Of a stretch of 64,000 nt of DNA, positions 9,253-18,108 are shown in pieces. A model generated the notes under the pieces. It searched no databases and had not been told where the DNA came from. It worked only from the letters and a program-made list of their open reading frames with translations. Location: the NCBI GenBank assembly GCA_023458375.1, contig JAEWZT010000001.1, positions 2,325 to 66,324 of the forward strand. The letters are read 5' to 3'. A program made the position numbers and the translations under genes. Numbering within the stretch: the first letter of the stretch is position 1; the number at the start of each line of letters is the position of its first letter. Origin of the DNA: Bacillota bacterium. GTDB taxonomy: Bacteria; Bacillota; Clostridia; Christensenellales; CAG-314.

Positions 9253-10479
9253 ATGAAATTAAAAAGATTTTTTACCTTAATATTAGCTTTTGCGCTTTGT
9301 ATCGCAATTTTTGCGCCCTCTGCCGCAATGGCGCAGAGTTCGCAAACGCTTATGGAAAATTACGATTCCTACGCGGTTTTCAGCCAGTTTATTGAAGCTA
9401 ACCCTTCCCGCGTAGCGGGCACAGTCGGCGAAAATTACGCCGCTAATTGGATTTATACTGTTCTTAACGGTTTTGGTTATGACGTCAGAATGCAAACATT
9501 TACTTATTTTGACGGCTCTTCAACTCAGATGTCCCAAAATGTAGCGGCGCGTATGGACAACGGAAAGGAATACGACATAATCATAGGGGCGCATTACGAC
9601 TGCGCGGCGATAGGCGAGGGCGCAGACGACAACGCAAGCGGGGTTACGGCGCTGCTTCTTACGGCGTATGCGCTTAAAGACGTAAAAAACCTGCCCTACA
9701 ATATAGTTATTGTAGCTTTCGGCGCGGAAGAGCCGGGGCTTTTCGGCTCAACTTATTATGTTAAGCAAATGGGAGAAAAGTCAAAAGCCTCAACTGCCAT
9801 GATGATAAACTTTGATTCAATAGGAATGGGCGACTACCTTTATATATACGGCGAAGACGTAAAAACGGAATACGCAAGCACTTTTCTTGCCGCCGCTCAA
9901 AATTATTATTCTTTTAAAGGATATGAGCAAAAAGTTTACGCTAAACCGCTGGGCAAAGGTATTATGATGAATATCCAAGTGCAATTCAGCACCGTTTATC
10001 CTTATTACCAAACGGCGCAGGCAAGCGACCATTCGCCTTTCAGGGCGGAGGGTATCGCCACTACGTTTTTCTTTGCGGGCAATTATTCCACTTCAACTTT
10101 GGGCTACGTTCAAAGCCAAAACCAAGCCTTTAACGTAATGCACACCAAAGACGACACAGCGGAATATATTGCTCAAAACAGGGGGATAGATTTCGCGCAG
10201 AAAATAGAAATTGTTTCTTCAACAGTCGTTAATGTGTTGACAAATTCCGCTTTTGAGAATATCATTATTAACGCGCGGCAAGAACTGGTGCCAGATTTTT
10301 GGTTGTCCGTTTGGCCCGCCGCAATCATAGTGTTCTTTTTGGTAGTAGGCGTAATTATTTTCAGCGTGCTTTACCTGAAAAAACTCAACAAGCGCTCCTT
10401 AATTGAAGATGTTGAGGTAAAGACGGAAAAAGTGTTTAAGGCTCAAAGCGGAGAGGACATTTACGATTTTTTAAAATAG
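9253..10479 (+). CDS. M28-family aminopeptidase with signal peptide and C-terminal membrane anchor
   Basis: IIGAHYDC, GADDNASGVTALL, FGAEEPGLFGS, INFDSIG. Start at ATG 9253 (MKLKRFFTLILAFALC). Confidence 0.8.
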   Translation: MKLKRFFTLILAFALCIAIFAPSAAMAQSSQTLMENYDSYAVFSQFIEANPSRVAGTVGENYAANWIYTVLNGFGYDVRMQTFTYFDGSSTQMSQNVAARMDNGKEYDIIIGAHYDCAAIGEGADDNASGVTALLLTAYALKDVKNLPYNIVIVAFGAEEPGLFGSTYYVKQMGEKSKASTAMMINFDSIGMGDYLYIYGEDVKTEYASTFLAAAQNYYSFKGYEQKVYAKPLGKGIMMNIQVQFSTVYPYYQTAQASDHSPFRAEGIATTFFFAGNYSTSTLGYVQSQNQAFNVMHTKDDTAEYIAQNRGIDFAQKIEIVSSTVVNVLTNSAFENIIINARQELVPDFWLSVWPAAIIVFFLVVGVIIFSVLYLKKLNKRSLIEDVEVKTEKVFKAQSGEDIYDFLK

Positions 10480-10485
10480 CTTTGT

Positions 10486-10562
10486 CAGGGTGTAGCGCAG
10501 TTTGGTAGCGCGCTTGAATGGGGTTCAAGAGGTCGCAAGTTCAATTCTTGTCACCCTGACCA
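10486..10562 (+). tRNA. tRNA-Pro (anticodon GGG), CCA encoded
   Basis: A 77-nt cloverleaf folded by hand: acceptor cagggtg/caccctg (C1-G72, typical of bacterial tRNA-Pro), D stem gcgc/gcgc, anticodon stem cttga/tcaag with loop aTGGGGt, T arm gcaag-ttcaatt-cttgt. Confidence 0.9.
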
Positions 10563-10595
10563 CTTTTTCCCCTTTTGGGGGAAAACCACAAGGTT

Positions 10596-10632
10596 CCTAA
10601 ACCGCAGTTTTTCGCGGTTTAGGGGCTTTTTT
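10596..10632 (+). terminator. Rho-independent terminator after tRNA-Pro
   Basis: cctaaaccgc / gcggtttagg 10-bp stem, then ggctttttt. Confidence 0.75.
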
Positions 10633-10870
10633 GTTTCCGTCTTTTATTGTAATTTGCCTGTTTGCGCTAAACCTTTAAGTAGTATTCTTGTAATTTTTAT
10701 ATCTTTAAATTGATTGAAAAAAGTTAATACAGTTAAAGTCAAAATCGTAAACTTAAAAAACTTTTTCCCGCAAAAATTTAAATTCTATTTTTGCTTGAAA
10801 TATGATTTGAAAGCAGACTTTGCGGTATTAAAAACTCAAAACATTCAAAATTAAAAGAACTATGTAAATA

Positions 10871-10899
10871 TTGACTGTAAGGCATAAAAATGCTATACT
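10871..10899 (+). promoter_or_regulatory. SigmaA promoter abutting the yggS start codon
   Basis: TTGACT, 17-nt spacer, TGcTATACT. The ATG at 10908 lies 8 nt after the -10. Confidence 0.6.
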
Positions 10900-10907
10900 C
10901 TTTTAAT

Positions 10908-11567
10908 ATGAAAGAAGCAATTTTTTCTATTAAACGTGAAATTGAAAATGCGCGTATCCTTTGCGGCAAAGAAGAAAAAGTTTGGCTTGTAGCCGCCGCA
11001 AAAAGCAGAAGCGCCGAGGAGATTACCCAAGCGCTTAGTTTAGGGTGCGACGCGGCGGGGGAAAACCGCGTGCAGGAGCTTACAGAAAAGTTCCCCCTCG
11101 TGCGCAACGGCAGTTTTCATTTTATCGGAACGCTTCAACGCAACAAGGTCAAGTATTTGACTGGCAAGGTCAGTTTGATTCAATCGGTTGACAGTTTTGA
11201 ACTGGCGCAGGAAATCGACAAACGCTGGGAAAAAACAGGGGATATAATTAACGTTTTAATTGAAGTAAATATCGGGCGCGAGCCTCAAAAAGGCGGAGTT
11301 GCGGAAGAGGAGCTTGACGCGCTTATTAAGTTTATCTTGACGAAAAGTCATTTGCGCCTAAGGGGTTTTATGGCGGTTTTGCCGATAGGGGCGCCAAAAG
11401 AACTATATTTGTCTATGCGCGCTCTTTACGAGAAGACCAAAGCGGGCTTAAATCTGCCTTACTTTGACATTTTATCTATGGGAATGACTGACGATTACAA
11501 AATTGCCGTAGCCTGCGGCTCAAATATGGTGCGTATAGGCAGGGGCATATTCGGAGAAAGAAAATGA
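10908..11567 (+). CDS. yggS: YggS-family pyridoxal-phosphate homeostasis protein
   Basis: AAAKSRS...GENRVQE...HFIGTLQRNKVKY. The track start 10890 lies inside the -10 region, so ATG 10908 is preferred. Confidence 0.8.
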   Translation: MKEAIFSIKREIENARILCGKEEKVWLVAAAKSRSAEEITQALSLGCDAAGENRVQELTEKFPLVRNGSFHFIGTLQRNKVKYLTGKVSLIQSVDSFELAQEIDKRWEKTGDIINVLIEVNIGREPQKGGVAEEELDALIKFILTKSHLRLRGFMAVLPIGAPKELYLSMRALYEKTKAGLNLPYFDILSMGMTDDYKIAVACGSNMVRIGRGIFGERK

Positions 11568-12100
11568 ATAAATGGAAAAAATCAACGTTGATTATCGTTG
11601 TGCTTGCAATAATTATTGCGGGTGTCGCGGCAGACTTACTTTCAAAGGCGCTAATGGAAAGTCTTAAAACCCAAGGAAAACTTCCACATTATTTTTTCGG
11701 CACCGTAGGTTTTGTTTGGAGAGAAAACGCCGGCGGGGCATGGAGTATTTTTGAAAGTTTCAGCGGTAAAAACGTCTTGTTTTTTATCATTACGCTTTTA
11801 GGCATCCCATTGTTTTTGGGACTGCTGTTTATCGGCAGAAAAAAAAGCGTAATAGGCATTGTTGGTTACTCTGCGGCAGTGGCGGGCACGCTTGGCAACG
11901 CCTTTGACAGATTAACGCGGGGCGCTGAGTTTTATTCGGGGCGGGTGCGCGATTTTTTAAGCATCGGCGACTGGTTTCCCGTTTTCAATATCGCAGACTC
12001 GCTGCTTGTCGGGGGAGTTATTTGCATAATCTTAGCCATAATGTTTTTTGATGACGACAGCTTTATCGTCAGCCTTAAAAAAGAAAAAAAGAATAAATGA
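11564..12100 (+). CDS. lspA: Lipoprotein signal peptidase II
   Basis: NAGGAWS, FDRLTRG..RDF and FNIADS motifs; 4 TM segments. Confidence 0.85.
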   Translation: MNKWKKSTLIIVVLAIIIAGVAADLLSKALMESLKTQGKLPHYFFGTVGFVWRENAGGAWSIFESFSGKNVLFFIITLLGIPLFLGLLFIGRKKSVIGIVGYSAAVAGTLGNAFDRLTRGAEFYSGRVRDFLSIGDWFPVFNIADSLLVGGVICIILAIMFFDDDSFIVSLKKEKKNK

Positions 12101-13011
12101 AAATAAAACTGGTAATTGAAGACTTTGAGGGGGAAAGGCTTGACTTTGCCGTCGCGTCTTCACTTGACGGATTTTCCCGCTCGCGCGTTGCCGGTCTCAT
12201 AAAAGGCGGGTTCCTTTCTCTTAACGGCGAAAGGGGAATTAAGGCGAGCAAAACCGTTAAAGAGGGGGACGTGGTGGAAATTGACGCGCAGGAGCCTCAA
12301 ATTCTGCCCTTAGAGCCGCAAGACATACCCGTCGACATTGTTTACCAGGACGAATATCTTGCCGTAGTCAACAAGCCTCAGGGGCTTACCGTCCACCCCG
12401 CAAACGGAATTTACAAAGACACCTTGGTCAACGCGCTGCTCTTCCGCTTTAAGGATTTAAGCGGTATTAACGGCGTTTTGCGCCCCGGCATAGTCCACCG
12501 CCTTGACAAGGACACGTCGGGGTTGATGGTCGTTGCCAAATGCGACGCCGCCCACATTTCCCTTGCGGCTCAAATTCAGTCAAAAGAATGTAAAAGGGTT
12601 TATTTTGCTTTACTTGAAGGCGTATTAAAAAGTGACGGCGGAAAAATAGATAAACCTCTTGGACGCGCCGCCCAAGACAGAACGAAAATGGCGATAGACC
12701 CGATGGGAAAAAACGCAGTAACGCATTATACTGTTTTGCGCCGATACGCAAAAAACACGCTTGTGCGCTTTGAACTTGAAACGGGCAGAACGCATCAGAT
12801 ACGCGTTCACGCGAAATATTTAGGGTTTCCCGTGGTGGGGGACAAAGCTTACGGATTTAAAAATCAACGCTTTAAACTCGACGGGCAACTGCTGCATTCG
12901 CAAAGTATAACCTTTACGCATCCGCGAAGCAATGAAATAATGACCTTTACGGCGCCCTTGCCGCCCTACTTTGAAAGGATACTAAGCATAGTTGAAAAGG
13001 ATCAAATATGA
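12097..13011 (+). CDS. rluD: RluA-family 23S rRNA pseudouridine synthase
   Basis: S4-like N-terminus; HRLDKDTSGL catalytic motif; lspA-rluD order as in Bacillus. Confidence 0.85.
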   Translation: MKIKLVIEDFEGERLDFAVASSLDGFSRSRVAGLIKGGFLSLNGERGIKASKTVKEGDVVEIDAQEPQILPLEPQDIPVDIVYQDEYLAVVNKPQGLTVHPANGIYKDTLVNALLFRFKDLSGINGVLRPGIVHRLDKDTSGLMVVAKCDAAHISLAAQIQSKECKRVYFALLEGVLKSDGGKIDKPLGRAAQDRTKMAIDPMGKNAVTHYTVLRRYAKNTLVRFELETGRTHQIRVHAKYLGFPVVGDKAYGFKNQRFKLDGQLLHSQSITFTHPRSNEIMTFTAPLPPYFERILSIVEKDQI

Positions 13012-13853
13012 AAGACTTTTTAAGCCTTAAACAGCTCAACAGAAAGGAAATAAGGCAGGTTTTAGACGTTGCCGCCGAAATGAGGCGCATGCTTTCGGCA
13101 AAACACAAAAAAGCGCCCCACCTTGCGGGCAGGACAATGGTGCATTTATGCGAAGAGCAGACGGTTTTTAACACCGCTGCATCACTTGCTTACGGTTATT
13201 TGGGAGGGACTTCCTACGATATGCCCTCTCCCGACGACTTTATTGAGCGCGCAAGGTTTCTTGACGCCGCGGGCGTAAGCTTGATTTGCTTTCAGCAGGA
13301 CAACTTTTCTTTAATTGAACGCGCCGCTTCGCAAGTTGCCTGCCAAACATTAAACGGAGGCTCAAAGTTTACAAACCCTTTGCTTGCCCTTTCTGTTTTA
13401 GCGGGAATTGAGCATTATTGCGACAGGCTGGGCAATCTAAACGTGCTTTTGGCGGGTAATAGAGAACAAAGCTTTGTAGCCGAACTGTCATACGCTTTAA
13501 ACTTATTTGAAAGCGCTCTTTGCGCCTTTACGCCCCTTGACGCAACTCCTTTTACTCAAAAAGAATTTGTTGCGGCTTATAAAGATATTAATACCGCGTT
13601 TGAAGGAATTGACGCCATAATTGACTTAGGCTTAGAAAAGTATTCTTCCGCCGAAACTTACTACGGCTCAAAAGCAGGCATAAAAAAATCGCTGATGGAC
13701 AAGGCGAGAGTTGACGCGCCGCTGTTTTTTGCGCGCTCCGTCGCCGACGAAAAAGGTCAGACGGTTCCCTACGCTTTTTCCGCGGCAGACAGGCAATACC
13801 AAGATTATCTTGCCGTTTTAATGTCAGTCATTTATATTTTCTTTAAAAACTAA
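13008..13853 (+). CDS. Aspartate/ornithine carbamoyltransferase-fold protein with degenerate active-site motifs (likely pseudoenzyme)
   Basis: It is colinear with the PyrB architecture (L.G....L..E[STRTR].S...A...LG; LN.G.G..[HPTQ].L.L..I). Here STRTR reads QTVFN and HPTQ reads NPLL. ATGA overlap with the rluD stop. Confidence 0.6.
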   Translation: MKDFLSLKQLNRKEIRQVLDVAAEMRRMLSAKHKKAPHLAGRTMVHLCEEQTVFNTAASLAYGYLGGTSYDMPSPDDFIERARFLDAAGVSLICFQQDNFSLIERAASQVACQTLNGGSKFTNPLLALSVLAGIEHYCDRLGNLNVLLAGNREQSFVAELSYALNLFESALCAFTPLDATPFTQKEFVAAYKDINTAFEGIDAIIDLGLEKYSSAETYYGSKAGIKKSLMDKARVDAPLFFARSVADEKGQTVPYAFSAADRQYQDYLAVLMSVIYIFFKN

Positions 13854-13987
13854 TATTTATTTTGCATAATCGTGGCAAAGCTTGCCGATGTTTTGCAAGG
13901 TAGTATATTTGAGTAATCGGCATTTAAGTTTGCGCCTTTGCCTGACGGCATAGAGATTTTAAGTCAAATCAAACAAAAAATAATATT

Positions 13988-14009
13988 AGGGCGCTGTTAG
14001 CGCTTTTTT
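13988..14009 (+). terminator. Terminator of the yggS-lspA-rluD operon
   Basis: gcgct-gtt-agcgc stem extended by wobble pairs, then tttttt. Confidence 0.6.
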
Positions 14010-14171
14010 AATGCTTAAAAATTGCTATCTAGATTACAAAATACAATAAAAAGTTATTTTTTAAATGTTAAATGTCATTAAATAAAAAAAGGGGCTTGAA
14101 ATTATTACAAAATGTGCTACATTTGTTATAGCTATCTTCTTTATTGACCTTTTTCTTCTTTTTTCTATTTA

Positions 14172-14204
14172 AGTCGCGCCTAGGGTAAGGCGCGACTTTT
14201 TTTG
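14172..14204 (+). terminator. Strong orphan + strand terminator
   Basis: agtcgcgcc / ggcgcgact 9-bp GC stem, 8-nt loop, T7. No annotated + gene lies upstream. Confidence 0.7.
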
Positions 14205-14264
14205 TAGTAAAAGCAATGTTTTAAGTTTGGTTTACTTATGAACAAACAATTTGACAGAGGCGCC

Positions 14265-15974
14265 TTACCTTGCAGACAATTCGTGTCGGGCGTTTGGGGT
14301 AACAATAACAGTTTGATATTCGCTGTAAATTATATAGCCCAGCCGCGCCTTAGGAGGTTTTTTAAGGTTTTTTCTTAACGTATAATCAATTACTGTTTTT
14401 CCGCTTTCGCGCGCCTGCGAATAATACGCGGTTATTTCTGCCGCGGTAAGTATGACTTCCTGCGGTATTTCTTTTCCCAAAGAAACAATGAGCGTATGCG
14501 CCGAATGAAGATTATGCCCGTGCAGCCACATGTCGTCGGCTTTTGCCGTTTTGCTTATTAACGCGTCGTTTTGAGCGTTGTTTTTACCTACTAAAATAAT
14601 ATAACCGTCTGCAATGAATTTCAAAGGCGAAGAGGGAGCGGTTTTTTGTTTTTTGTCCTTGCCGCCCTTTTCTTTTATAAAGCCCGCCTGCGCCAGTTCC
14701 TTTTGAATCTCTTCAAGTTCACTGTCAAGCGCGCACATTTTAAGCGATTGGCTTATACTTTCTATGTGTTCAAGCTGCATTTCGCTTTGTTCAATTTGCG
14801 CTGTGATATGTTCAACCGCGCTCTTTTGCTTGCGGTATTTTTTGTAGTATTCCTGCGCGTTTTGCTGCGGGGTTTTTGCCGCGTCAAGGGGAATTGTTAC
14901 GGTGGGACAATTCTCTTTGGTATAATCTACCGCCTGCAAATACGCCGCCTGTTTTGGCAGAAGGTGAATGTTGCTTAAAATCAAATCGGCGGCGGTTTTG
15001 TGTTCGCCGTAGTCAAGCGCTTTAAGCAAATCTTGTTTTTGAAGCCCGATTTTTTTGGTCAGCCTGTTAAGCGCGTTTTTTACCGTCGCGTTGATATTTT
15101 TTGATTTTACCGCAAAGCGCATAAAACTGTCTTTTAAAATATAAAACTCGTCGTGCGCTTGATTAAGCGTGTCATAAAACTTTTTTTCGCCCCTTGCGCT
15201 TTTGTAATCAAAGGGGAAAACATCCTTTGCCTCGCCTTTATTAAACAAAATATTCGGGCGGGGAGAAGCTAGGTTTTCCTTAATTTTGCGCAGATTTTTA
15301 ATAATTTCTTCCGCGCTTTGTATTCTGTCGGCAAAATCGTTTATGCCGTAGGCAATTTCGTCAACCATCGCCTGCGAAACTCCCAACAGGTTTTCAGCCA
15401 AAAGTTCCCCGACGCCTTTTTGAGAAGACATAATCAACTGTATAATTTTTCCTTCCTGCTCAATATTAAGCTTATTCCTCGCGTCAAAAAATTCGTATCT
15501 TAGCCCCGCAAGCAGCACCCTTTTAGCGTCTAAGCTGTTGGGAATGTGTTTTAGCGTATCTAAAATTGTGTAGTCGTCCCTTGTCAAAATTATATTAGCC
15601 GTTTTGCCCGTAAGCTCAAAAATTAAGTGTTTTTGCGCCGCGTAACCCAAATCGTCCTTCGCGTTTAAAGTAATATCCGCCACCCTTTCGTAGGGCATTT
15701 GAGAAATATCCGTAATTTCTGCGCCCGTTAAATGTTTTCTTAACAGCATGCAAAAAGCGGGCGCGGAAGAGGGGTTTTCTTTTTCTTCGCGCGTTAAATG
15801 AATACGGTTTATAGACGCGTTTGCGGAAATTAAAAGTTTTTTAACTCCGCCGCGGTAAATAAAAAGCACTATTTCGTCTTTTTCAGGCTGCGTTATCTTG
15901 TTGATTTTTCCGCCCGTCAAGGCTTCTTTTAGTTCCCTTACCAAAACGGAAAGGGTTAAGGAATCGTATGCCAT
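14265..15974 (-). CDS. rqcH: RqcH / NFACT-family ribosome quality-control protein (FbpA-like)
   Basis: 569 aa. N-terminal MAYDSLTLSVLVRELK...GGKINKITQP..DEIVL (NFACT-N); coiled-coil middle; C-terminal NFACT-R-like WLH..N..SAH. Confidence 0.8.
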   Translation of the reverse strand: MAYDSLTLSVLVRELKEALTGGKINKITQPEKDEIVLFIYRGGVKKLLISANASINRIHLTREEKENPSSAPAFCMLLRKHLTGAEITDISQMPYERVADITLNAKDDLGYAAQKHLIFELTGKTANIILTRDDYTILDTLKHIPNSLDAKRVLLAGLRYEFFDARNKLNIEQEGKIIQLIMSSQKGVGELLAENLLGVSQAMVDEIAYGINDFADRIQSAEEIIKNLRKIKENLASPRPNILFNKGEAKDVFPFDYKSARGEKKFYDTLNQAHDEFYILKDSFMRFAVKSKNINATVKNALNRLTKKIGLQKQDLLKALDYGEHKTAADLILSNIHLLPKQAAYLQAVDYTKENCPTVTIPLDAAKTPQQNAQEYYKKYRKQKSAVEHITAQIEQSEMQLEHIESISQSLKMCALDSELEEIQKELAQAGFIKEKGGKDKKQKTAPSSPLKFIADGYIILVGKNNAQNDALISKTAKADDMWLHGHNLHSAHTLIVSLGKEIPQEVILTAAEITAYYSQARESGKTVIDYTLRKNLKKPPKARLGYIIYSEYQTVIVTPNARHELSAR

Positions 15975-16215
15975 TTAGTTTTTCTCCTAAGACGTATTTT
16001 ACATTAAAGCCGTCCTTTATTCAACTCTTTAAGCCCAATGTGTTTTTGCGGCGCAATTATTAAGAAAAAGGCGGCTTAAAAGTTGTCCTGTTTTTTTATG
16101 GAGTTAAAGGTGGGTTACCATAAAAAACAAAGTTTTAATAGGCTATTGTGTTTGATTATTTTTCCGCCTTGTGATAAAATTACTTGGTTAATTGATTAAA
16201 AACAAGGAGAGTATA

Positions 16216-17496
16216 ATGAAATACACACTCAAAGTAAACGAGGGAAAAGCAACCATATCTTTTAATATTCCTTTTGAGGAATGGGACGCGCAGATGGAGA
16301 GCGCTTATTTCAAAAACAAGCACAAATACAGTCAGCCCGGTTTTCGTAAAGGGCATGTTCCCCGCAAGGTTTTAGAGGGAATTTACGGCGATTCGCTTTT
16401 TTTAGAGGACGCTTTTAACGAGGCTTTCCCCAAATATTATACGCAGGCTCTTGACGAGCACAAGGAAATTTACCCCGTAGAAATGCCCAACGTTGATTTT
16501 GAAAGCTTTAACGCCGACGGTTTCAAGTTTGTGGCAGTCGTTACATTGAAGCCTCAAATAACTTTGGGCAAGTATAAGGGACTTAAAGTCGATAAGGTTG
16601 AAGCGGCAGTAGCCCAAGAAGAAATTGACAAGGAATTAAAGTCTCTTCAAGAAAAAAACAGCCGTTTGGTAAGCGTTGAAAGAGCGGTAGAAAGCGGCGA
16701 CGAAGTTACGATAGATTACAGCGGCAGCGTAGGCGGCAAAAAGTTTGAGGGCGGCACGGCTCAAAATCAGCAGCTTGTCATAGGCAGCAAATCTTTTATC
16801 CCCGGTTTTGAAGAGGGGCTGATAGGCATGAACAAAGGCGAGGAAAAGGATATAACTGTAACTTTCCCCCAAACTTACCACGCAAAGCACTTAGCGGGCA
16901 AAGAAGCGGTGTTTGCCATTAAGCTTCACGAAATCAGGGTAAAGCAGCTTCAAGAAATCAACGACGATTTTGCCAAAGACTACACCGAGTTTGACACCTT
17001 AGACGCTTATCAAGCCGACATTAAAAACCGCCTTTTAGAGCAAAAGCAAAAGGATGCAAAAATCCAAGAGGACAACAGACTCTTAGAAGAAATTGTCAAA
17101 AATACTCCTATGGAAATACCTTCTGCAATGATTGAAAGCCAAATTGACAGTTATGTGGAAGAATTTGAGTATTCTTTGCGCTATCAAGGGCTAAAATTGG
17201 ATGACTATTATAAATATACCAAGAGCACAAAAGAAAATTTAAGGGAATCTTATAAAGAAAAGGCAAAAAAATCTGTTGAAACGAAGCTTGTTTTTGAAGC
17301 CTTAATCAAAGCGGAAAACATTAAAGTTGACGCCAAGGAGTTTGACGCCAAAGTAAAAGAGCTTGCCAAAGAAGCGGACAAAACCATCAAAGACTTCAAG
17401 GCGACGTTAAACGAGGAATATACCGACTACATTAAAAACCAATTACTGGCGGAAAAAGTCATAGAGTTTTTGCGTAAAGAGAACACCGTTGCATAG
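16216..17496 (+). CDS. tig: Trigger factor
   Basis: FRKGHVPRKV, FKBP-type PPIase core (GDEVTIDY.G...G..FEGG). Start moved to ATG 16216 after SD aaggagag. Confidence 0.9.
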   Translation: MKYTLKVNEGKATISFNIPFEEWDAQMESAYFKNKHKYSQPGFRKGHVPRKVLEGIYGDSLFLEDAFNEAFPKYYTQALDEHKEIYPVEMPNVDFESFNADGFKFVAVVTLKPQITLGKYKGLKVDKVEAAVAQEEIDKELKSLQEKNSRLVSVERAVESGDEVTIDYSGSVGGKKFEGGTAQNQQLVIGSKSFIPGFEEGLIGMNKGEEKDITVTFPQTYHAKHLAGKEAVFAIKLHEIRVKQLQEINDDFAKDYTEFDTLDAYQADIKNRLLEQKQKDAKIQEDNRLLEEIVKNTPMEIPSAMIESQIDSYVEEFEYSLRYQGLKLDDYYKYTKSTKENLRESYKEKAKKSVETKLVFEALIKAENIKVDAKEFDAKVKELAKEADKTIKDFKATLNEEYTDYIKNQLLAEKVIEFLRKENTVA

Positions 17497-17517
17497 AATA
17501 TTTGGGAGGTTTAATTT

Positions 17518-18108
17518 ATGGGTTATTTAATACCTATGGTAGTAGAGCAGACGGATAGGGGCGAAAGGTCTTTTGACTTGTATTCCCGCCTTTTAGACGA
17601 CAGAATTATTTTTTTGTCGGGCGCTATTACAGACGAATCGGCAAATATCGTGGTGGCGCAGCTCATTTACTTAGAGAGCAAAAATCCCGATAAGGACATA
17701 AGTATATATATAAACAGCCCCGGCGGAAGCGTTACCGCGGGACTTGCTATTTACGACACAATGCAATACGTCAAATGCGACGTTTCCACCATTTGCGTCG
17801 GTATGGCGGCTAGCATGGGGGCATTTTTACTTGCGGCGGGCAAAAAAGGCAAAAGATATGCCCTGCCCAACAGTGAGGTTATGATTCATCAGCCCCTAGG
17901 GGGCGCGGAAGGACAGGCGACGGACGTAGAAATAGCTGCGCTGCATTTGGTAAAGACCAAGGCAAGATTAAACGCAATTTTAGCCAAAACAACAAATCAG
18001 CCTTTGGAAAAGATAGAAAAAGATACCGACAGGAACTTTTTCATGTCTGCCGAGGACGCTTTGAGTTATGGCGTAATAGACAAAATATTTTATCCGAGAG
18101 AGAAGTAA
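17518..18108 (+). CDS. clpP: ATP-dependent Clp protease proteolytic subunit
   Basis: [28 protein letters not shown]. Confidence 0.95.
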   Translation: MGYLIPMVVEQTDRGERSFDLYSRLLDDRIIFLSGAITDESANIVVAQLIYLESKNPDKDISIYINSPGGSVTAGLAIYDTMQYVKCDVSTICVGMAASMGAFLLAAGKKGKRYALPNSEVMIHQPLGGAEGQATDVEIAALHLVKTKARLNAILAKTTNQPLEKIEKDTDRNFFMSAEDALSYGVIDKIFYPREK

